A stretch of DNA of 64,000 nt from Octopus sinensis (taxonomy: Eukaryota), in the NCBI RefSeq assembly GCF_006345805.1, contig NC_043002.1, positions 31,496,001 through 31,560,000 on the forward strand, in the 5' to 3' direction. Shown here piece by piece: positions 12,269 to 22,702 of the stretch. The position numbers were made by a program, and so were the translations under genes. Position 1 is the first letter of the stretch. The number at the start of each line of letters is the position of its first letter. Below the pieces are notes generated by a model. That model was not told where the DNA came from and did not search any database. It saw only the letters and a program-made list of their open reading frames with translations.

Positions 12269-13364
12269 TCAAACGCAATTATTTTTCATTTTCAATAAAC
12301 ATTTTTTAGGATCTTGTTTTACGGGGAGGGGCTTGGCAAACTTTTCCAATGAAAACAGTGCCGTGGGGGTAGGGTTGGGGGATTTGCTTAATGTGTGTGT
12401 CTGCAGTGTAGTTGTTTTTTTCCTTGTTTGGGGAGGGGAGTCCAGGGTATTTTCTTTTTTTCTTTTGTGCGTAACTTGGGTGTATTCCATCGTTCTATTT
12501 GTCTATTTTTGCTTCCGTATTTGTCTTGGTCGTTTTGTTGTTCTTCTTAGCTTCCTCTCCTCCGCATTGGGTACACTTGGAGGGGCCGCATCTTCTGTTC
12601 TTTTTTTCCTGATGCAATTGGAACGGACGTGACCCTTTTCTCCACACTTGAAGCATCTGGGTCTTCGTCCTTCCACCGACACTCTCATGGACGTGCCATC
12701 CTCGTTAAAAACTGTCAGGCAGGCTCTCCAAGATCTTGTTCTCTGCCTACGAGGAGCTCCAGAGTCTGACCCCTCCAACGTACCGCTTCCTTCCTTCTCA
12801 TTTGCAGTATGTTCATTTCGCGTTCCACATCATGTAAGACCGCCGCTGCTACCCACATGGTGTCGTATCCTCTGGGTATGTCTTCAACCGTTACCTTTGC
12901 GGTCTCTTCCCCATATACGAGGGTAGCAGCATGATGTCGTCGTTTTTAAGGGTCAACGACGACACCTCCTTCGCCACCTCTGCCGTGTCAAAGTGTGCTT
13001 CGATCGTGGCACTTCGTGCACCTCTCACTATATGGCGAATTTTATCCCACACCGGGGCCAAGCATTTCTCAACGGTTTCGTTTTTTACTTCCATGATCTT
13101 TTTTTCTTTAAAGTTGTACACTTTATAGATTACGATCTTTTCCTTAATTTCTTGCACCTTCGCTTGCGGCGGCACAAGCCTTATTTCTCCTCCTTCTAGT
13201 TTTACCAAATTCCTATATTCGTACAGTTGTTCAATCTTGAATTCTATCTCCAACATGGCGCCGCCCACCGCGGCCGAGAATGATTGCCTGGGTACTTGAT
13301 TTTCCTCTTTTTCACCTTTTCCCATCACGGGAAAGTCCTCCTTCGACGTCAGGTCGAACTCCAT
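12269..13364 (-). CDS. ORF1: gag-like nucleic-acid-binding protein with CCHC knuckle (frameshifted; C-terminal end uncertain)
   Basis: ORF pieces 12891-13364 and 12503-12778; CFKCGEKGHVRSNC; lies upstream of ORF2. Confidence 0.75.
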
Positions 13365-13547
13365 CTCTGAAAGTTACCTTTAAGGTAACAAGAATATGGT
13401 TAGTACAAAATTTCTGCCCCGTAGGGCGAAAATTATCGTTTTACGACGGGTACTGTTCAGAACAGTTTACACAAACAATGATATTATAACTTCGAATTCT
13501 CTCAAATAGCAGCAGCAATTTCTCACAACGCAAAACGCAACAAACTG

Positions 13548-13578
13548 CTCGCTTAAGCGAACAGCTAACTGATCAACA
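13548..13578. repeat. Right target-site duplication of the Tx1-like LINE
   Basis: ctcgcttaagcgaacagctaactgatcaaca. Confidence 0.85.
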
Positions 13579-14089
13579 TCAACGAAGCACATGGGTGAGT
13601 TATATATATTACATCCGGGTGAATGGCAAACTTTTACAAATTGCATTCGGGAGAGGAAAAGTTTTTTCGGAATAAAAATTTTGCAATTAAGGACAACTAC
13701 TTAAGGAAGGAAAACTTAACAAGAAATTGTCAGGTAGATAGCGTAAAAACCTCATAAGAGAAAAAATTTCGAAAATAATTATTTCTTATTGAACATATTA
13801 ATTTATATATAGAGGGCATAATTATACATACATGCCAGGAGGCATTATATATACATGCCAGACGCTAAGAGGCAGGGTCGTTGTTTATTTATAATACATT
13901 CAGCCTGCTGATGATTACGTAAGTATGAAATCACTGTGATACAGGCCTATATTTTTAAATGTCTTACTTTGAAAAATTGCATTCGGTGGGATTAGTATAT
14001 TTTGGTAGAAATGACTGATTGTCCTCTTAGCCTCTGGCATGTATAATAATGCCTCCTGGCATGTATGTATAATTATGCCCTCTATATAT

Positions 14090-14139
<50 letters not shown>

Positions 14140-14354
14140 GATAGAATATTAGATTAGTAAAAATTAGAGGAAGCAGTTCTGATATATATATATATATATA
14201 CATATATAATATATATATATATATGAATATATAGATTAGTAAAAATTAGAGGAAGCAGTTCTGATATATATATATATATATACATATATTATATATATAT
14301 ATATGAATATATTAGATTAGTAAAAATTAGAGGAAGCAGTTCTGAGATATATAT

Positions 14355-14360
<6 letters not shown>
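13579..14360. mobile_element. Hammerhead-bearing repeat, right part: direct copy, then inverted arm, then three tandem ~80-bp units
   Basis: Direct copy 13674-13872, inversion junction at ctaagagg, inverted arm 13869-14088, tandem cores at 14145-14183, 14224-14264 and 14304-14346. Confidence 0.65.
13902..13948 (+). ncRNA. Minimal type-I hammerhead ribozyme motif (inverted copy of 8211-8258)
   Basis: agcctg-ctgatga-ttacgtaagtat-gaaa-tcactgtga-ta-caggcct; one G is missing from helix I. Confidence 0.7.
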
Positions 14361-14402
<42 letters not shown>

Positions 14403-14414
14403 ATATATATATAA

Positions 14415-16011
14415 GAGTCCTAGCAAGACCACTGCAGTCCTCTTTCAGAGCTTCCTTGCAGCTGGCAAACTTCCAAGAAAACTGAAGGAAGGTAAAATAT
14501 GCTCTATTCATAAAGGAGGTAGCAGAGCGGAGGCCAAGAACTACAGACCTATCTCTCTGACCTCAAACATCAGCAGGTCATGGAACGAATAGTCAGAAGG
14601 AAATAATCACCTTCCTTGAAGAAAATGACTGCGCTGCCACCAAAACATGGTTTCGACCAGGAAGAAGCTGCTTAACTAGCTCCTACAACACTATGACTGG
14701 GTGCTGAAACAACTGCTCAACCACTCAAATGTGGAAGTCATATATCTCGACTTTGCAAAGGCCTTTGATAAAGTCGATCATGGAATGATATGTCACAAAC
14801 TGCGTGATCTTGGCATAGTTGGAAAATTGGGAGAATGGCTTCATGACTTTCTAAAGAATAGAAGTCAGGTGGTAGCAGCCAATGGACCCACTTCCATTAA
14901 CAAGCAAATAATGAGCGGTATTCCGCAGGGCACTGTTTTGGGACCACTACTGTTCATAATGGCCCTCTCAGACATGCCCTCAGCCACGCAGAGAGCCACG
15001 ATCACAAGTTATGCAAATGATACAAAAGTTTCACAGGCAATACAGAACCCTGAGGACACTAAGCACCTGCAATGTGAGCTGGACGAAATATACAAGTGGG
15101 CTGAAAAGAATAGCATGCAGTTCAATGCTGAAAAGTTTCAAGCTTTATACTATCAGCATGCAAAACTGAATGCAATACCCAATGAATACACTGGACCCGG
15201 AGGGATTGCAATCCCAGAGGCACAATCACTGCGTGACCTGGGTATTCACATGAGTGATGACGCGACCTTTCATGTACATGTTGCTAAACTGGCAATGAAA
15301 TGTAGACGGCTGGCTGGATGGATTCTTAGAACCTTTAGAACAAGAGAACAAGAAACCATGATGGTCCTCTGGAAGACACTTGTCCTAAGCCACTTTGACT
15401 ATTGCTCTCAGCTATGGTCACCATCCAGTGTCAAGTTAATCACAGAACTTGAGGCGATCCAACGAAGCTATACGAAGAAGATAGCCTCTGTGCAGCATAT
15501 GAGCTACTGGGAAAGACTCAAGAGATTAAAGCTCTATTCCCTGGAGCGTAGGCGAGAAAGATATGCCATAATATATATCTGGAAGATCCTGGAAGGACTT
15601 GTCCCAAACTTTGGCATCGAGAGTCACACAAATGCCAGAACCGGGCGCCACTGCGTAGTACCAAGGACTCCAAATTTGCCATCAAGGTGTAGGACAAGAT
15701 ATTGTGATAGCCTGGGCTTCAGAGGCCCACAGCTCTTCAATATCCTCCCGAAGAACCTGAGGGACCTGCATGGTGTAGATGCGGATGTCTTTAAAGTAGG
15801 ACTGGATCGCTTCCTGTCAGGTGTCCCGGATGAACCAACTTCACGGCAGGAGGTGCAGATGAGGGCAGCTGCATCGAACTCTCTCATACATCAGATGGCG
15901 TTTGCTAAAAAGCATCCGTGAGGTAAAATCGTGTAGCAAACCAAATGGCGGTGCCCCAGCATGGCCACAGCTCATTAGCTGAAACTGGAAAAATCAAAAT
16001 CAAAATCAAAA
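14415..16011 (+). mobile_element. 5'-truncated CR1-group LINE with (AAAATC)3 tail
   Basis: RT from NYRPISLTS onward, 3' UTR hairpin, short tandem tail; both ends abut (TA)n. Confidence 0.9.
14701..15921 (+). pseudogene. Reverse transcriptase (C-terminal part) of the CR1-group LINE
   Basis: IYLDFAKAFDKVDH, SGIPQGTVLGPLLF, YANDTKV (catalytic YADD changed to YAND), LKLYSLERRRER. Confidence 0.9.
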
Positions 16012-16049
16012 TATATATATATGTTTCAAATTAAAACAAGGCAAATTAA

Positions 16050-16250
16050 AAGACAGAGCACTCAGAGTGCGCGAGCCTTCGGCAAGGCAACACCAACGTT
16101 CTCTCAACGATTAGCCAGAGGTGTTTTTCAAAATGAGAATATCTGATATAATCCCTGCTCTCACAAACGAGAATACTGACAATGAACTCGACCGCTCTCA
16201 AAAATTAAGTACAAAAAAAAAACAGGAAAAATAACCCAGAATCTTTACAA
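16050..16250 (-). mobile_element. Possible non-autonomous Helitron-like fragment (3' end)
   Basis: Minus-strand end has the hairpin gcactc-t-gagtgc followed by a degenerate terminus; resembles Helitron-type 3' ends (recall only). Confidence 0.3.
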
Positions 16251-16551
16251 TGCAGCCGACGTGGGAGATCTTCAAATTATTTCTTCTAAGGCAACATCGT
16301 TTGGAATATGGTATTAAATGTTTCTTTATTTTCACTGTCAAAATCTCATTTGTAAAGAAAAAAGAGAAATCTTAGTAGGCATCATTTTGTATTAAAATTG
16401 TTGCTATGCTTCTCTCACATACATACGTACACACACACACAATACACAAACACTCATGTATATATATATATATATATATAATATATATATACATACACAT
16501 ATACATACATATACATGCACATAAACATTATATATATATTTACATATATAT

Positions 16552-16606
<55 letters not shown>

Positions 16607-16689
16607 CACATATACATACATATATATATATATACAAACATCTCTAACTGTCTAAAGAAAAATATTTCATTTATATAGGTATGTATGTA

Positions 16690-16835
16690 CTTATGTATAT
16701 TTGTATGTTTGTATGTATTATGTATGTATGAATGTATGTATGTATGTATGTATGTATGTATGTATGTATGTATGTATGTTTGTATGTATGTATGTATGTA
16801 TGTATGTATGTATGTATGTATGTATGTATGTACGT
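16690..16835. repeat. (TATG)n microsatellite
   Basis: Direct reading. Confidence 0.95.
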
Positions 16836-16877
16836 TTGTATGTATTACCCATTATTACCGTTGTTATCATTACTTTA

Positions 16878-17070
16878 AGGCAGCGAGCTGGCAGAACTGT
16901 TAGCGGTATTTCGCCTGTCGCGATGTTCTGAGTTCAAATTCCGCCGACTTCAACTTTGCCTTTCATCTTTTCAGGATCGCTAAAGTAAATACCAGGGTAA
17001 CACTGGATTGATGTAATTGACTAGCCCCTCCCCGAAAATTTTAGTTTTTGTGCTCTTAGTAGAAAGGATT
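16878..17070 (+). mobile_element. SINE family S1 variant
   Basis: aaggcagcgagctggcagaa...gagttcaaattccgcc...gtagaaagga. Confidence 0.8.
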
Positions 17071-17098
17071 ATTATTATCATTATTATTATTATTATTA

Positions 17099-17135
<37 letters not shown>

Positions 17136-17205
17136 ATTATTATTATTATTATAATTATTATTATTAATATTACTATTATTATCATTATCAGTATTATTAT
17201 TATTA

Positions 17206-17241
<36 letters not shown>

Positions 17242-17277
17242 CATTATTTTATTATTATTATTATTATTATTATATTA

Positions 17278-17313
<36 letters not shown>

Positions 17314-17338
17314 CATCATCATTATTATTATTATTATT
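17068..17338. repeat. (TTA)n microsatellite; further segments of the same tract at 17877-17935, 21898-22067 and 22411-22700
   Basis: Direct reading. Confidence 0.95.
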
Positions 17339-17873
17339 GAGTGAGAGAGCAGTGCATGCCATCAATGTGACACTGGGGTAAAATATACGAAGCCTAGTAT
17401 ACCCATCATGACTACCCGTCTGATAAGGGTACACCAGGCACATGCATCACAACCATATGTGCGCGACATGGTGATCTCAAACCAAGCTAAACAGCACATG
17501 ACCTTGCAGGCGGGGCCCAGTTAAAATTTTCTTCTGGTCGAGTAGCCCATCCCGCTCAAAAGTTCCCTGAATAAGGATTGTTTAAAGATGTAGGACGAAC
17601 CACCCAGTTTTCCAAAAGTAAATTATCCAAACCTCCAAGAATTCCTTTCAACACACGGCTATGATGCTCCCCCACTACTTCTGCTCGTAATCAGAGATGC
17701 ACATATCGTCAGCCACTAAGGGACATGCTCAACTGGTTAAGGTCAAACAACTGACAAGTAAATCTGTGGTATTGAGCAGAATATTTGCTGTAGCCCATCT
17801 TTTATACCAAGACAAAACAACGTACATGATAACACTTCCAATCATGATACCACTGCCTGGTACTGTATCAGGG

Positions 17874-17877
<4 letters not shown>
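17339..17877 (-). mobile_element. ~540-bp non-coding element inserted in (TAA)n
   Basis: Complex sequence with sharp (TTA)n boundaries on both sides; its end gctctctcactc|aataat recurs at 57893-57915. Orientation is inferred. Confidence 0.6.
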
Positions 17878-17935
<58 letters not shown>

Positions 17936-17938
<3 letters not shown>

Positions 17939-20900
17939 TAGTTTTATTTTTATAGCGTGCTTTCACTTCACTACCGAGCGCAGCTCTGTGTGCCTTGGGT
18001 ATGTGCTGTGATTTGTTGTGATGCTCTGATGGTTATTGTATGGAAAGTGTTCTGCGTAGGATGTGTGCCTAGTAGTGCAATTTTCTGTATGTTATATGTG
18101 TTTGTAAGTCCTGGTGTTTTTGTTATGTATTTGTCTGAATATTTTTTTATCATGCCTAATGCACCTACTATGATAGGAATTGTTTCTGTTTTCAGGTTCC
18201 ACATTCTAGTTACCTCTATTTCCAGGTCTTTGTATTTTGAGAGTTTCTCCCTATTTCTTTTAGAGACACGTTGTCATCTGCCGGTATTGATACATCAATT
18301 AGAAAGCATTTTTTTCTTCATGATCTCTGACAACTATATCTGGTCTGTTCGCCTTAATTTCTCTATCTGTGTGTATCGGCATATCCCAGAGTATGGTTGC
18401 TTTCTCGTTTATGTGACCTTTTCTGGTGTGTGCCTATACCATCTTTTTTCTGTTGTTATTCCATAATGTTGGCATAGCTTCCAATGTATGTAGGTTCCAA
18501 CTCTGTCATGTCTGTGAATATATTCCTTCTTAGCCAGGACTGGGCAGCTAGAGATAATATGATTTATTGTTTCTTGTCCATCTCCACATATTCTGCAGTT
18601 ACTTGTAATATTTATTTTCATTACATGTTTTTGGTAATTTCTGGTGGGGAGGCTTTGGTCTTGTGCTGCAATTAAAAATCCCTCTGTTTCTTCTGCTTTG
18701 AGTCCTGAGCTTCTCAACCATTGCTGGGATTTTTCTTTGTCTATTTCTTTTGCGTTTAGTTTAGTCCAGTATTTACCATGAAGGGGTTTTTCTTGCCATC
18801 GTTTTATCATGGCTCGTTGCTGTTCTATTTTAGTTTGGATTTCATTTGTTTTATAGCTTTTGTTGTTTCTTCATCATCTTCTTCTTCTTTGTGTTTATTA
18901 GGTGGTATGATTTCTTGTTTGTATTTGTCAGCTTCCTTAAATACTGAGAACAGTTTTTTGTTTTGCTCGTGTTTTGCTGCTATCTGGATCAGTTTTCCTT
19001 CCTTCTGAAGTAGGTATTTTTGCAGTCCTATGGTGGTTATTTTATAGTAGTTTTCCAGCTGTATAAGGCCTCTACCACCTTCTATACGTTGTATATATAG
19101 TCTTTCTATGTCAGATTTTGGGTGATGCATCCTAGATCCTGTCAGTATCTTTCTTGTTTTCCTATCTATTTTGGACAGTTCATTTCGTGTCCAGTTAAGG
19201 ACATTGTAGCTGTAACTTATAACTGGGACAGCTAAGGTGTTGATACCTATTATCTTGTTTTTTTAGCATTGAGCTCTGTTTTTAGTATTGATCTAACTTG
19301 TCTATAATACTTTTTTTATTTTCTCTTTCATTGTGTGTGTTGTGTCTTATCTAGTTCATGGATTCCTAAGTATTTGTAAGTTTGGCTTTGGTCTAATTCT
19401 TTTATTTCATTGGTTTTATCTAGTGTGATGTTGTTACTCTTAACTAGTTTTCCTCTTTTCATGGTTACTTTGGCGCATTTTTCTAATCCAAATTTCATAT
19501 CTATTTCTTTGGTAAATCCATGAACTGTCTTTAATAGTGTTTCCAGCTGTTTGTCATTTGCAGCGTATAGTTTTAGGTCATCCATATATAAAAGGTGGCT
19601 GATCGTTTTGCCGTAACATTTATATCCGCATCCAGTTCTATTTAGCATATCAGATAGAGGTGACAGTGCCAAGCAGAAAAGGAGTGGAGATAGCGTGTCT
19701 CCCTGGAATATTCCTCTTCTAATGGGGATGTCTTTGGTTTTCATGAGTCCCTCTTTTGTTTGGAGGTGTAGGACTGTTTGCCATTTATTCATAGAGTGCT
19801 CTATGAATTTTATGATTGTTGGTGCTACTTTGTTAATGGCTAGTGTTTCGAGGATCCATGTGTGGGGGATGCTATCAAACGCCTTTTTGTAGTCAATCCA
19901 GGCCATACTGAGGCCTTTCTTCTTTCTGTGGCTGTCTTCAGTTACGGCTTTATTATCATTAGTTGATCTTTACAGCCAGATGAGCCCTTGCGGCATCCTT
20001 TCTGCTCTTCTGGGAACAGTTTGTTTTCGTCCAGGTGCTTGTTCAGCCTTTGCGATATCACTGCAGTAAATGCCTTGAACATAGTAGGGAGGCAGGTTAT
20101 TGGTCTGTAGTTTTCTGGTTTTGTTGTTTCATTTGATTTGGGAATTAAGATGGTTTTCCCTTCGTGAGCCATTCAGGCATTGTCTCTGGCTCTGCTAGTA
20201 TGCTGTTAAAGTTTTCAGCCAGCTTTTTGTGCATTCCTGTTAGATATTTCAACCAGAAGTTGGGGATCTTGTCATGCCCAGGTGCCTTCCAGTTGCTTAG
20301 TTTTTGCAGTGCCTGGGTGACCTCTTCAGCTGTTATGGGGGTCCAAAGTTGTTCAGATGCCGAGTTTGTTATTTTCATACTCCTTTTTTTTGGCTGTTCG
20401 TTCGCCGACCATATTTCTTTCCAGAATTCTTCCAATTCTTCTGCTTCTGCCGTGGTGCTGCAGTGACTTCTATTTTATTTTTGCCCAGTTCTTGGTAGAC
20501 TTTTTGGGGTCGGAGTTGAACTTTTTGTTCTGTTCAAAGAAGCGTTGGCGTTTCTCGTACCGGCGGATCCTTTGAGCTTTGGCAAGGATATCTTGCTTCA
20601 GCTTTTATTTTATCTCCGGCAAATCTTTTTCTGTGATGTTATATTTGCGGAGCATTTTTGTTCTCTTTTTGTTGCTCAGTAGCGTTGCTTGTTTGCTGAT
20701 TTCATTAAGAATCGACAGGTTTTTTCTAATTTTTTTAATTCTGTTTTGGATGTTATTTATCCACAGGGTTTGTTTGGGTGGTGGTACTCCTGTTTGGGCG
20801 GGTTTGGGTGAGTATCCAGCTTCTTTTGTGGCTGCAGTGGCTGCTGCGTATATCAAGTCATTTAGTTCAGTGATATCACTTTTTTTTGTTTCAGTGGCTA

Positions 20901-21897
20901 GTTCAGTGACGGCTAGGTTTATGTTGTTTATAATTGGTGTTGTTATTGCGTTTATTTTTATTCTTGGGAGGTATGGTCGGTGGTCCATTTTGAGCTCTGT
21001 GGTTTTTAGTTCTTTGATTATTTTATTTTTTATATTATCATAATCATTAGGCTCCCCTTCTTTGTTTACATCGTGTTTGTTGGGAATGTTGCGTTTGTCT
21101 TCGTGTTTTACAGTTTCAGTGTTTATATTATTGGGCATTGTTGTGTGGCTTCTATCTACATTTTCCTGGTGTATCTTTTCTTTCAAATGTTCTATTTCTA
21201 TTTCTGATATTTTTTTGGCTTTAAGAATGTATCTTCGTACGTTAGCTAATTTATTAGGGTTCATTGCTGTATCCAAGTCTATATCTCTATTATTTTCCTT
21301 CCATATTTTATATGTATGTGTTGTTGTATTTTCATTTTGTGGGTAGAGCATTGCTGTGAAGTATGCGTGTAAGATAGAAATGTATTCCTCACGTGTCCAT
21401 TTACGTCTTTTGGGTTTTAATTGCGGGACATGAGGTACAACGTCCGGCCCATTATTTTGACAGTCGTCATTTTCGTAGGTTACCGGTCCGTTTATTTCTG
21501 TTGTCACATTATTTCGCACGTGTAGTTTTTCGTACATTTTTTGTTGTAGGTTTAATGTACGTACCGTTCGATTGTTATTCTTGGGTTGAATAGTATCGGT
21601 GGCATTTAATTTCTTCGTAGTTCCTTTGTACATGGTGTTTGAGGTCGGGGATGATCGTGTTGTTCCACGCATGTTTACATGTGTTGTGTTAGAGGTGGAG
21701 ATAATATCGAGTCAAAATACATCATTTCGTTTCGAAAATAGTAATAAATTTCAATTCGTATTACTTACTCGGATATAGTCCAATTCTTTGTTAGTAAATC
21801 TTTGGCTCCATAGGGTGTCCTTGTTTTCGATGTTTGTGGATAGATTTCGGAGCTCTGTATTTTCCTTCTTACATCTTAAACGTCCCCGGTGTCTTCC
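17936..21897 (-). mobile_element. Full-length R4/Dong-like non-LTR retrotransposon with restriction-like endonuclease, inserted in (TAA)n
   Basis: Single long ORF: Myb-like N-terminus, RT, CCHC and RLE domains; (TAA)n on both sides. Confidence 0.9.
18033..21672 (-). CDS. R4-type polyprotein: Myb-like, RT, Zn knuckle and PD-(D/E)xK endonuclease (frameshifted)
   Basis: RRKWTREEY, KAPGHDKIPNFWLK, NYRPITCLPT, WIDYKKAFDSIPH, GIFQGDTLSPLLF, LLYMDDLK, CRICGDGQETINHIISSC, RHDRVG, IPIIVGALG. Confidence 0.9.
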
Positions 21898-21952
<55 letters not shown>

Positions 21953-22000
21953 CATTATTATTATTATTATTATTGTTATTATTATTATTATTATTATTTT

Positions 22001-22037
<37 letters not shown>

Positions 22038-22067
22038 CATTATTAATTATCATTATTATTATTATTA

Positions 22068-22410
22068 TTTCCTTCGTAACATAGGTAAAATTTACTGGAG
22101 ACTTTAGTCCTCTGTCAAGCTAGAACAAGGACCTCACACAGATAGTATTTTCCTCAAGTGTCCGCTATGCTCAGTAAAGCTGCTTTTTGCAAGGCATCAA
22201 TCTTGCATGGGATTTCCAGTTGCATTAAGAAGTCTTGAAGTTTCAATGGGGCTGAGGCCAAAAGTCCAGTCCCCACTGATATCTCTATTACATTACCCTC
22301 TCCATTCCATACAGTGTTGCCATTTCCACTTTCAGTTCGGTGTACTTGGTGATTTTTTCAACCGCTTTACTCACGTCGTTTGTTATGGCTACATCAATGA
22401 TCTGACAGTA
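22068..22410 (-). mobile_element. 5'-truncated 3' end of a second R4-like family
   Basis: Manual translation: YCQIIDVA...EKITKYTELKVEM...LQKAALLSIADT, homologous to the RLE C-terminus of the neighbouring element; different 3' UTR; flanked by (TAA)n. Confidence 0.75.
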
Positions 22411-22421
22411 TTTGTCTCATT

Positions 22422-22524
<103 letters not shown>

Positions 22525-22644
22525 TTATTATTATAATTACTATTATTATTATTATTATGATTATTATTATTATTATTATCATTATTATTATTATTATTAT
22601 CATTATTATTATTATTTCTATTATTATTATTATCATCATCATCA

Positions 22645-22699
<55 letters not shown>

Positions 22700-22702
<3 letters not shown>

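Larger units (their letters stand above)
8320..13547 (-). mobile_element. Full-length Tx1/L1-clade non-LTR retrotransposon (~5.2 kb)
   Basis: Two-ORF layout (CCHC ORF1; APE, RT and C-terminal Cys/His finger in ORF2), higher GC than its flanks, bounded by a direct repeat. Confidence 0.9.

Noticed and set aside
14125-14360. CRISPR-like repeat-spacer array
   Set aside because: Eukaryotic context, only three units, spacers are plain TA runs, and there are no cas genes.
21790-21897. HDV-like ribozyme at the 5' end of the R4-like element
   Set aside because: Expected by analogy with R2/R4 elements, but I could not build the nested double pseudoknot by eye.
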